In this document: in pieces, positions 19,705 to 27,642 of the stretch
Layout of the letters: each line of letters starts with the position of its first letter
Position numbering within the stretch: position 1 is the stretch's first letter
Program-made: the position numbers and the translations under genes
The notes under the pieces: model-generated
The model's input: the letters and a program-made list of their open reading frames with translations, nothing else
Told to the model about the DNA's origin: nothing
Database searches by the model: none
Assembly: GCA_024279575.1 (NCBI GenBank)
Contig: JAJRRJ010000045.1
Coordinates: 1 to 36,620, forward strand
DNA from: Alphaproteobacteria bacterium
GTDB lineage: Bacteria > Pseudomonadota > Alphaproteobacteria > Rhizobiales > Devosiaceae
Direction of reading: 5' to 3'
DNA length: 36,620 nt

Positions 19705-21048
19705 CTAAACTTCGTAAGGACCAAGCTCACCACCAAAGATTGAAGCATCATACTCAACCTGAGAACGGGGAACTTCCTGCACAACTTCAAGAAGATCAAA
19801 TTGTGACGTTGGATTTTGATTACCACGCACCACAAGAACATCTTTGAAACACTGGTGATCTTCAGCACGATATTCAGTTGGACCATTGCCCATGCCATCG
19901 AACTTGTGACCTTCAAGCGCCTTGATAACTTCAGGCGGATAAAGAGTGCCAGCACGCTCGCACGCATCAGCATAAAGCAATGTCTGCACATAGCATGTAT
20001 GAGCTGCCTGAGATGGCGGGAAGCCATATTCAGCACCAAATGACTTAACAAAAGCTGCTGAACCAGCATTTTGCAGTGACCAGTTCCAGTTTGATGTACC
20101 AAGAATACCCTTGATGTTTTCACCGGCACCCTGCGCCATAAGACGTGAGAACAAAGGCACAATAATCTCGATATTTTTACCATTTGCCTGACGATCACGA
20201 AGACCAAACTGAATAGCCTGAGTCAGCGAGTTCACCATATCCTTGCCATAGTGGTTCAAAACAACAACATCAGCACCGGAGTTTAGAATTGGTGTAATAT
20301 ACTGGCTGAAGTCACCGGCACCAACTGGTGTCAGAACATTTTTTTCAGTTTCCCAACCAAGTGCTTCAGTAGCATTTTGGATTGATTCCTGTTGTGTCCA
20401 GCCCCAGTTATAATCAGCTGTCAGGTGATAGGCGCGACGATCATTGCCATATTCGTCTTCCAACACAGGCGCTAACGCTGCACCGGACATATAGGCATTG
20501 AAGAAATGTCTAAAGCCATAGCGCTTTTTATCTTTACCCGTTGTATCATTTGAGTGGGTAAGACCTGCCATAAAGATCGTGCCCATTTCCTGACACAGCG
20601 CCTGCACCGCAACCGCCACACCAGAAGAAGAACCACCAGTAATGATCAAAGCACCATCACGTTCAATCATGCGGCGCGCACTGTCGCGGGCGGCGTCTGA
20701 TTTGGTTTGGGTGTCGCCGGTAACATAGGTAACTTTTTGACCTAAAATACCGTTACCTTTAAGATTAGATGGTTGCATAGTATTCAGCATGCCGCCATCA
20801 CCTTCACCGTTCAGGTGTTTTACAGCAAGTGTATAGGCGCGCAGTTCGTCGGCACCCTCATCAGAATAAGGGCCGGTTTGCGGTACGTTAAAGCCAAGCA
20901 CCACGTCCCCACCCTTGGGGTCATTGCGGAATTCCTGTGCCCAGGCACCCTTGGTAAAAACCATTGGTGCGACACCGGCAGTGAATAAGCCTGCAGCGCC
21001 GGTCTTAATGACCTTGCGCCTGCTTATGTCTTTCTTCTGATCGCTCAT
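19705..21048 (-). CDS. periplasmic substrate-binding protein (Liv/HAAT-type fold) with a twin-arginine signal peptide
   Basis: The N-terminus is MSDQKKDISRRKVIKTGAAGLFTAGVAPMVFTKGAWAQ (Tat-like RRKVIK plus an AxA site). It is 447 aa, has a strong SD (AGGAGG 6 nt upstream) and is the first gene of the ABC-acs operon. The ligand is unknown. Confidence 0.88.
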   Translation of the reverse strand: MSDQKKDISRRKVIKTGAAGLFTAGVAPMVFTKGAWAQEFRNDPKGGDVVLGFNVPQTGPYSDEGADELRAYTLAVKHLNGEGDGGMLNTMQPSNLKGNGILGQKVTYVTGDTQTKSDAARDSARRMIERDGALIITGGSSSGVAVAVQALCQEMGTIFMAGLTHSNDTTGKDKKRYGFRHFFNAYMSGAALAPVLEDEYGNDRRAYHLTADYNWGWTQQESIQNATEALGWETEKNVLTPVGAGDFSQYITPILNSGADVVVLNHYGKDMVNSLTQAIQFGLRDRQANGKNIEIIVPLFSRLMAQGAGENIKGILGTSNWNWSLQNAGSAAFVKSFGAEYGFPPSQAAHTCYVQTLLYADACERAGTLYPPEVIKALEGHKFDGMGNGPTEYRAEDHQCFKDVLVVRGNQNPTSQFDLLEVVQEVPRSQVEYDASIFGGELGPYEV

Positions 21049-21201
21049 AGCGTTCCTCCTCGTGAAAAGAATGTGACCACGCCAGAACCTCCCCTAGCAT
21101 CCCACACAAACTTAACTGTTGCCCAAATATGAAAACCAACGCAATAGGCGCTTGTTTTTTAATGTAAAATTTGTCAATGCTTTTAGCAAAAGGTTACTTT
21201 T

Positions 21202-21219
21202 TTGTAAAAACCTTTACAA
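21202..21219. promoter_or_regulatory. candidate operator: inverted repeat TTGTAAA-N4-TTTACAA in the divergent promoter region
   Basis: A perfect 7-bp inverted repeat is read directly at 21202-21219. A related half-site, tgtaaaatttgtca, lies at 21163-21176. The site is in the 196-nt gap between the binding-protein gene and the regulator gene. It resembles TTTGCAAA-type RamB boxes as I recall them. Confidence 0.3.
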
Positions 21220-21244
21220 ACTAAAATGGGAAAACACCTCAGTT

Positions 21245-21835
21245 ATGCGTGCGCCAATTGGACTAAGAATTAGGAACTACCGGAAAATCAAGGGCTTATC
21301 CCAGTCAAACCTGGCTAAATCCATATCCATTTCCCCCTCTTATCTGAACCTGATCGAAGCCAACAAAAGAGATGTAGGGGGAAAACTTTTACATTTGTTG
21401 GCTAAGGAGCTGGATGTAAACCTTCATGACCTCACTGGAGAATCTGAAACACGCCTCATAAATGAGTTGCGCGAAGCATTTGCAGACCCGCTACTGGCTT
21501 CCTTAAACCTGACCCATGAAGATGCCCACCTGATCGTGGCGCAGTTGCCTCAAATGGCCCGCGCCCTGCACACATGCTATCGGGGATACCTCGATGCAAG
21601 CGCCTCGGCAAACGCTTTGGCAAACCGGCTTGATTCAGACCCCCTGTTTTCCCAGCTTCTGCACCAGATGCTATCCCAGATCACCGCAATTCGTTCAACA
21701 GCTGAAATCCTGCGCGATGTGCCGGATATGGAGCAGGGTCAACGTATCACTTTTGATACTTCTGTTTTTGAACAAAGCCGCTCGCTAACGGATGTTGCCC
21801 GCTCCCTGATCGCCCAGTTCGATCAAGATGTGTAA
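21245..21835 (+). CDS. N-terminal fragment (XRE-type HTH) of a ScfR/RamB/PrpR-family short-chain acyl-CoA regulator, ended by an in-frame TAA
   Basis: IGLRIRNYRKIKGLSQSNLAKSISISPSYLNLIEANKRDV is an XRE HTH. The ORF track opens at TTG 21119. The first ATG is at 21245. The stop at 21833-21835 is in the same frame as the next ORF. Confidence 0.75.
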   Translation: MRAPIGLRIRNYRKIKGLSQSNLAKSISISPSYLNLIEANKRDVGGKLLHLLAKELDVNLHDLTGESETRLINELREAFADPLLASLNLTHEDAHLIVAQLPQMARALHTCYRGYLDASASANALANRLDSDPLFSQLLHQMLSQITAIRSTAEILRDVPDMEQGQRITFDTSVFEQSRSLTDVARSLIAQFDQDV

Positions 21836-21928
21836 CAGCACCACTCTTCCTCCCCGCTACGCGAAGTCAATGATCTTATTATCGGTGAAAACAACTACTT
21901 CCCACGCCTCGAAGATGCCGCCGCAAAA

Positions 21929-22804
21929 ATGAGCGAGGGATATGGCCTCAAAACACCACCCAATGAAGACACACTGCGCCATTTACTATCGGTTCTCCAT
22001 CATGAGGCCGATACAGACCCGCTTGAAACAAAGCCTGAGGGGGATGAACACGGCAACCAAAGTAGCATACTTGATCAAAAAAATGATTTGCCCCTGGCGC
22101 AGGCAACCAGACGCTTTCAATTGGCCCGAAAAATTGTCGTGCTAAACTGCCATACCATTCTCAGGGAAATGATCGATGACCCACGATTAACCTCAAGCGA
22201 ATCCAAAGATATCGCGTTCAAAGCATTGACTTCATATTGTGCCGGGGCAGTTCTATTCCCCTATCATAAATTTTTGAAAGACGCGCAACGCTCTTTGTAT
22301 GATGTTGAATATCTGGCGCAGCTATATGGAGGCAGCTTTGAACAAATCGCCCATCGGCTTGTCACATTACGCGCCCCTGCAACCCACGGTATCCCGTTTG
22401 GATTTTTACGCACTGACCCCTCTGGTTTTCTTACCAAACAATTTCCCCTGCCCGGCCTTCTCATGCCCAATGCAGGGCATGCCTGCCCGCTTTGGGTAAT
22501 ATATCGCTCAGCACAATCCCCCAATCAGGTAATGCGGCAGATTGTTTCGTTTACTGACGGCTCCCGCTACCTTTTCATTGCCAAAACATCGATTAAACGC
22601 GTTGAAACATTTAACAATACATCTGTTTTTTCCACGGTGATGCTTGCGTGCAACCTTATTCAGGCTGACCAAACCACTTACGCCACCTCATTGCGCCTTG
22701 ACCAGCCAGAATATGATACACCGGTTGGACCAGCATGCAATTTATGTACGCGCCAACAATGCACACATAGAAACACCCCTATGGCAGCGGCGCAACTGAA
22801 CTGA
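21929..22804 (+). CDS. C-terminal fragment (IrrE-like and DUF2083-like sensor part) of the same ScfR/RamB/PrpR-family regulator
   Basis: YCAGAVLFPYHKFL, GGSFEQIAHRLVTL, GIPFGFLRTDPSGFLTKQF, ACPLW and the Cys cluster GPACNLCTRQQCTHR match the family. The frame is open from 21836 and is identical to the frame of 21245-21835. Confidence 0.75.
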   Translation: MSEGYGLKTPPNEDTLRHLLSVLHHEADTDPLETKPEGDEHGNQSSILDQKNDLPLAQATRRFQLARKIVVLNCHTILREMIDDPRLTSSESKDIAFKALTSYCAGAVLFPYHKFLKDAQRSLYDVEYLAQLYGGSFEQIAHRLVTLRAPATHGIPFGFLRTDPSGFLTKQFPLPGLLMPNAGHACPLWVIYRSAQSPNQVMRQIVSFTDGSRYLFIAKTSIKRVETFNNTSVFSTVMLACNLIQADQTTYATSLRLDQPEYDTPVGPACNLCTRQQCTHRNTPMAAAQLN

Positions 22805-22870
22805 TTTTAGTTGCATCCATTTGCATTAGAGATAACAATTGAGAACCAAAATATTTGAAGGGAGGCAAAT

Positions 22871-23275
22871 ATGAGGGCAATCGGGTCCCCTGATATTCTT
22901 ATTGTCGAGGATGAACCTGCGATTTTGACATCGCTGGAATTTATCCTGCAACACGCAGGCTGGAAAACGCAAACTGTCACTGATGGCGAAGCCGCCATCA
23001 GGGCCGTACAAGTTTTGCTACCCAAAATTATGGTGCTGGACCTGATGCTCCCCAAAAAAAACGGGTTCGAAGTGCTCAAAATCATTCGCGGCCAATCCGC
23101 AACCAAAAACCTGCCGGTTTTAATCCTGACAGCGAAAGGCCAGCAGCAGGACAAACAAACCGCCAAAGAATTGGGTGCCAGCGGATTTGTAACTAAACCT
23201 TACGCCAATACGGACGTAATTGACGCAGTTGCAGATCTCATCGGCACAGTCTCCAAAGCAGACTTAAGCCTGTGA
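22871..23275 (+). CDS. single-domain response regulator (CheY-like receiver, no output domain)
   Basis: VEDE acidic pocket, VLDLMLP phospho-Asp, LILTAKG Thr and VTKPY Lys are all present. Good SD (GGGAGG). 134 aa. Confidence 0.9.
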   Translation: MRAIGSPDILIVEDEPAILTSLEFILQHAGWKTQTVTDGEAAIRAVQVLLPKIMVLDLMLPKKNGFEVLKIIRGQSATKNLPVLILTAKGQQQDKQTAKELGASGFVTKPYANTDVIDAVADLIGTVSKADLSL

Positions 23276-23556
23276 CCAGCCCCAAACAAACCTCTGACAA
23301 GAAAACCTCTGAAACACGTGTGAGAAAATGTAAGTTTGCTGCACTGTTATTACCGATATTGGGTGTCTTGCTGATTATTCCACCACTCGTTTCCATGCGG
23401 ACCACTCAAAACGCAGTTATTTTGGGTATACCTGCCAATATTGCCTATCTGTTTGGCGCGTGGTTGGCGATGATCGTCGGTGCCTATGTCCTTCAAAAGC
23501 TGATGCCCAATGTGCTGACAAGCGCCATCCACGCCAAGGATGACGAAAGTGATTAG
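23272..23556 (+). CDS. small 2-TM membrane protein (DUF3311-like accessory peptide of a sodium:solute symporter domain)
   Basis: 94 aa with two hydrophobic helices (FAALLLPILGVLLIIPPLV and ILGIPANIAYLFGAWLAMIVGAYVL). Its GTG overlaps the receiver stop (GTGA). Its stop overlaps the start of the kinase gene. Confidence 0.55.
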   Translation: MTSPKQTSDKKTSETRVRKCKFAALLLPILGVLLIIPPLVSMRTTQNAVILGIPANIAYLFGAWLAMIVGAYVLQKLMPNVLTSAIHAKDDESD

Positions 23557-26278
23557 CGGGACGCTGGTTTTTGGCACATCCATTGCCTATATCATTTTGC
23601 TTTTTTTCCTGGCCTATATCTCCGACCGAAACGCACGCCTTGGCAAAGGAAAACTACTACGCTCTCCGCTGGTTTTTACGCTTGCGTTATCGGTTTATTG
23701 CACAAGCTGGACATTTTATGGCGCCGTAGGGTCAGCCGCGCGCAACGGCCTGGAGTTTTTTGCAATCTATCTGGGACCAACACTGGTGTTTGTGGGGTGG
23801 TGGTTCGGGTTGCGCAAACTCATCCGCATTGGCCACAAGCAACGTATCACCTCCATTGCAGATTTCGTGTCGTCTCGATTTGGGAAATCCGAGCGGCTGG
23901 CCATTCTGATTACCATCATGGCCGTTGTCGGAATCACACCCTATATTGCATTGCAGCTCAAGGCGATTTCCACATCCCTGCGGGTGATATTAACCGAGTC
24001 CCCAAACGCTGCCCTCCCCCAGAGCGGCGACGAAGTGGGATTGGCATTTGGCGTTGCAGCGGCCATGGCTTTGTTCTCGGTAATGTTTGGCACACGAAAC
24101 ATCAACGCCAACGAGCAGCATCACGGGGTCGTTGCAGCCATCGCCTTTGAGGCAATTATCAAGTTTATTGCCCTGATTGCAGTCGGGTTATTCGTGGTGT
24201 TTGGGCTTGGGGGCGGTTTTGAGGCCACATACGCCCGCGCCCAGGGCGTGGGAGTTTCACTTGATGCTTCAAGCAATTTTGGCCCCCGCTGGATTACAAT
24301 TACAATTTTGTCCGCCGCCGCAATAATTTGCCTGCCCCGCCAGTTCCAGATTACCGTTGTGGAAAATGCCAACGAAAACCACCTCAGAACCGCCTCATGG
24401 GCTTTCCCTCTTTACCTGTTTGGCATTTCCATTTTCACCATGCCCATTGCAATAATGGGGTTGAGTTTACTGCCAGAAGGGGCAGACCCGGACATGTTTG
24501 TTCTCACACTACCCCTCGCCTACGATCAACAGGGCCTCGCTTTATTTGCTTTTATCGGTGGTTTCTCAAGCGCAACCTCAATGATCATCATTGCATCCAT
24601 CGCACTTTCAATCATGATTTCAAATCACATCGTGGTTCCCCTTGCTCTCAGATCTCCAAAAGTATTTGGACTGGAACATGGCCAAGGCATGACACGGCTT
24701 TTGCTTACCAGCCGTCGCGTCAGTATCGGGGCGATCCTGTTTCTTGGTTTCTTATATTTCTGGCTTACCTCCGGTTCCGGCGCCCTTGCCCCGATCGGAC
24801 TGATTTCCTTTGCCGGTGTTGCCCAGTTTTTACCAGCCATATTAGCCGCCCTTTATTGGCGCGATGCTACCGTTAACGGCGCTCTTGCGGGGTTATTGGT
24901 GGGGTTTGCCTTCTGGGCATATACAAGTTTTCTGCCAAGTTTTGGCACGGCCAGTCCAGTCATTACCAACCTGTTGCTTTATGGGCCCTGGCAGCTTGAG
25001 TTTTTGCGACCCCAGGCCCTATTCGGCCTTGAACAGCTGGACCCGTTGGTTCACTCGGTATTCTGGAGCCTGCTGGCAAATTCCATGGCGCTGATTTTTG
25101 TTTCATTTGTCACCCGGAACAACGCCGTAGGCCAATTGCAGGCGGCGCAGTTTGTAGATGTATTCAAACAAACAGAAAACAGCCAATACAGCTTTACGCG
25201 CTCCTCAGCCCCCTTGAATGACTTACTGGTTATGACTCAGCGGGTTTTGGGAACTGACCACGCAAACAGAATATTTGAAACCTATTCAAACTCCGATCGC
25301 ATAAAGCAGAATAAAGACGCCTCCCCTCACTTTATCGCCAGTTTGGAAAAAGAGCTGGCCGGCTCAATTGGCGCAGCCTCTGCCCATGTGCTTTTAGGAC
25401 AGGTTGTATCGGGTGACACCGTCACGCTGGAGGAAGTCATGCAAATGGCTGACGAAACCCAGCAAATTCTGGAATATTCCCAACGTCTTGAGCAGACGGC
25501 AGAAGAACTTCAATCAACAACCCGTCAACTTCAAACCGCAAATAATCAACTGCGCCAGCTTGACCAGCAAAAGGACGAATTTTTATCACAAGTCAGCCAC
25601 GAAGTGCGTACTCCCATGACAGCTATTCGATCTTTTTCTGAAATCCTGCTGACCAATCAGGAGCTGAATGGCACCCAAAAAGAAACATTCATCAACACCA
25701 TCCACGAAGAAAGTATGCGCCTGACCAGTCTTTTAGACGAAATTCTGGACCTTAATGCGCTGGAAAGAAACGAGCAGCTCTGGACCAATGAGCCCATAAA
25801 TCCAAATCTGGCGATTGCCCGCTCAATTCAGGTTTGCACCCCGATTACCGAGCAGCATCAGATGGACGTGCGCCTTGGGGAGCATATCAGACATGTAAAG
25901 GTTGAAGCTAATTTTGACCGGATTTGTCAGGTGTTTATCAATCTTATTTCCAACGCCGCTAAATATAATGATGCGGACCAGCCATTTTTAGAAATCACCA
26001 GCGAAATAACCAAGGCACCTGGAAAACCTGACCAATTACTCATCAGGTTCACCGATAACGGGCCCGGCATATCTTCCATTCACAGCAGCATCATTTTTGA
26101 CAAATTCTGGAGGGGCGCCCGCAACCCTGACACCGCCCAGTCTGGTTCCGGCCTGGGATTGGCAATTTCCAAAGAAATACTCAACCAAATGAACGGATCA
26201 CTGGAACTGGAACTGCCCAGGATCGGCAATACCAAAGCCGGGGCTTGTTTTGCCGTTCGTCTCCCCCTTCATATGTAG
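23540..26278 (+). CDS. sensor histidine kinase fused to an N-terminal SLC5 (sodium:solute symporter) domain, CbrA/CrbS-like
   Basis: The N-terminal ~500 aa are polytopic and resemble CbrA (YCTSWTFYGAVGSAARNGLEFFAIYLGP, RITSIADFVSSRFGKS). They are followed by a soluble STAC-like segment and a coiled coil. The H-box is SHEVRTPMTAI, and the remaining kinase motifs are N-box ISNAAKY, G1 DNGPGI and G2 GSGLGLAISKEI. There is no receiver domain. The start could instead be GTG 23549 (AAGGA 8 nt upstream). Confidence 0.92.
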   Translation: MTKVISGTLVFGTSIAYIILLFFLAYISDRNARLGKGKLLRSPLVFTLALSVYCTSWTFYGAVGSAARNGLEFFAIYLGPTLVFVGWWFGLRKLIRIGHKQRITSIADFVSSRFGKSERLAILITIMAVVGITPYIALQLKAISTSLRVILTESPNAALPQSGDEVGLAFGVAAAMALFSVMFGTRNINANEQHHGVVAAIAFEAIIKFIALIAVGLFVVFGLGGGFEATYARAQGVGVSLDASSNFGPRWITITILSAAAIICLPRQFQITVVENANENHLRTASWAFPLYLFGISIFTMPIAIMGLSLLPEGADPDMFVLTLPLAYDQQGLALFAFIGGFSSATSMIIIASIALSIMISNHIVVPLALRSPKVFGLEHGQGMTRLLLTSRRVSIGAILFLGFLYFWLTSGSGALAPIGLISFAGVAQFLPAILAALYWRDATVNGALAGLLVGFAFWAYTSFLPSFGTASPVITNLLLYGPWQLEFLRPQALFGLEQLDPLVHSVFWSLLANSMALIFVSFVTRNNAVGQLQAAQFVDVFKQTENSQYSFTRSSAPLNDLLVMTQRVLGTDHANRIFETYSNSDRIKQNKDASPHFIASLEKELAGSIGAASAHVLLGQVVSGDTVTLEEVMQMADETQQILEYSQRLEQTAEELQSTTRQLQTANNQLRQLDQQKDEFLSQVSHEVRTPMTAIRSFSEILLTNQELNGTQKETFINTIHEESMRLTSLLDEILDLNALERNEQLWTNEPINPNLAIARSIQVCTPITEQHQMDVRLGEHIRHVKVEANFDRICQVFINLISNAAKYNDADQPFLEITSEITKAPGKPDQLLIRFTDNGPGISSIHSSIIFDKFWRGARNPDTAQSGSGLGLAISKEILNQMNGSLELELPRIGNTKAGACFAVRLPLHM

Positions 26279-26299
26279 ATTAGTTCGCAATATATATAT

Positions 26300-26821
26300 T
26301 TAGCGGCACTCATCCTTTTTCACCACATTCAAGCCTGTTTTTTGCAAAACAAAATCCGCAATTTTTTGCGTGTCCTGCAAATCAAATTGGGGAATATCCA
26401 TGCTGGGGAAAGTTTTGTCCGATGCCAAAGCCACAACAGTTTCATCCTCCCTTGCAATCAGGTCCTGACCTGACACCGCCAAACTGGTTTCGATTTTCTG
26501 GTGGGTATCCCGCTTGTATCCTTCAATCAAAACCAGATCGCACGGGGTCAGCAATTCAAGCAATGTGCTCAAATCAGGTTCATTCCCCTCACCAACCTCA
26601 TGCATCAATGCCCACCGATGCCGCGACGCCAGTAAAACCTCACCGGCCCCAGCCACCCGATGGCGATGACTGTCTTTTCCCGCGTGGTCAATATCAAAAG
26701 TATGATGGGCGTGCTTAATTGTACTGACAGAAAAACCACGCGCTGAAATTTCAGCAACCAGGCGTTCCATCAACCCTGTTTTGCCAGAGTTTTTCCACCC
26801 AACAACACCAAATATTTTCAT
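26300..26821 (-). CDS. mobB: molybdopterin-guanine dinucleotide biosynthesis adaptor protein MobB
   Basis: GWKNSGKT P-loop, STIKHAHH, DSHRH. 173 aa. It overlaps mobA by 4 nt. Confidence 0.92.
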   Translation of the reverse strand: MKIFGVVGWKNSGKTGLMERLVAEISARGFSVSTIKHAHHTFDIDHAGKDSHRHRVAGAGEVLLASRHRWALMHEVGEGNEPDLSTLLELLTPCDLVLIEGYKRDTHQKIETSLAVSGQDLIAREDETVVALASDKTFPSMDIPQFDLQDTQKIADFVLQKTGLNVVKKDECR

Positions 26822-27456
26822 ACTTCCTCATCCCTGACCAAAGTATTGGCCATCGCCAGATCATCCATCGTATTCACATTAAAAAACGGATCAATTGCCT
26901 GATAGTCAAATACAGCGCTGGAACAGCCATAGGTTTCAGCCCATTGCCCAACCTTGCGTACGCCCCCTGCTAAAGCCTGACGCAAGTCCTGGCGCACTGT
27001 AACAGCCCACAGACCAAAAACAGGATGACGCATCAAACCCTTTTGAGGATCATGCGAAGCTGCAAGAACGATAGGCTGCTTTTGCAAACGCGCACTTTTT
27101 TGCAACTCCACAACCAGATCGCACGGGAAAAACGGCGTATCCACTGCCACACTGACCACATGCGTTGCCCCCTTATTTACAGCCCAGTCCAGGCCCGCAA
27201 GAATTCCCGCCAACGGACCCAAATACCCCTGAATACTGTCTTCTGTCACCTCAAGTCCAAAGTCATTAAACCGCGCCGGATCACCGTTGGCACTGATCAC
27301 CAAAGACTGTACCTGTGGCTGCAACCTCCTAACCACCCGCAAGAGCATTGTTTGCCCCCCAAGATCAAACAGCCCCTTATCCAGGCCATTCTTTGAACGC
27401 CCCATGCGCCGCGCCTGACCACCAGCTAAAATTACTCCAACAGGCTTTTGCGACAC
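26818..27456 (-). CDS. mobA: molybdenum cofactor guanylyltransferase MobA
   Basis: GVILAGGQARRMG motif, GPLAGILAGL, VDTPFFP. GTG start. 212 aa. Confidence 0.9.
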   Translation of the reverse strand: MSQKPVGVILAGGQARRMGRSKNGLDKGLFDLGGQTMLLRVVRRLQPQVQSLVISANGDPARFNDFGLEVTEDSIQGYLGPLAGILAGLDWAVNKGATHVVSVAVDTPFFPCDLVVELQKSARLQKQPIVLAASHDPQKGLMRHPVFGLWAVTVRQDLRQALAGGVRKVGQWAETYGCSSAVFDYQAIDPFFNVNTMDDLAMANTLVRDEEV

Positions 27457-27587
27457 TTAAAAAACACTCCAGATAAACAGGTATCATTGTCTATATTAGC
27501 GGAGGCCCGATTTTGCCAGACAGGAAGTCAAAGATTTTTGGGACTCCTTCGCCAACCGGGACAAAATTTCCTTTTTTGGACGAGAAA

Positions 27588-27611
27588 GGGCGGCCACAAA
27601 AAGGACCGCCC
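27588..27611 (-). terminator. possible terminator after the second binding-protein gene
   Basis: GGGCGG (27588-27593) pairs with CCGCCC (27606-27611) across a 12-nt loop. On the minus strand it is followed only by the weak T-tract TTTCTCG. Confidence 0.3.
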
Positions 27612-27642
27612 CACTCTATTCATTACAGGTTCTAACAACGAC

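Noticed and set aside
22805-22870. Direct repeat ttgcat-cca-tttgcat between the regulator and the receiver gene, considered as a second operator.
   Set aside because: It is a single short occurrence and could simply be a -35-like hexamer. It has no palindromic structure. There is not enough evidence to call a site.
27457-27587. Possible Moco riboswitch in the 186-nt leader upstream of mobA. The minus strand contains CGGGCCTCCGC, which is reminiscent of the conserved 3' part of the Moco RNA motif.
   Set aside because: I cannot reconstruct the multi-stem Moco architecture or its other conserved blocks from this sequence. mobAB is not a typical Moco-riboswitch target. A covariance-model scan (Rfam RF01055) would settle it, and I expect no hit.
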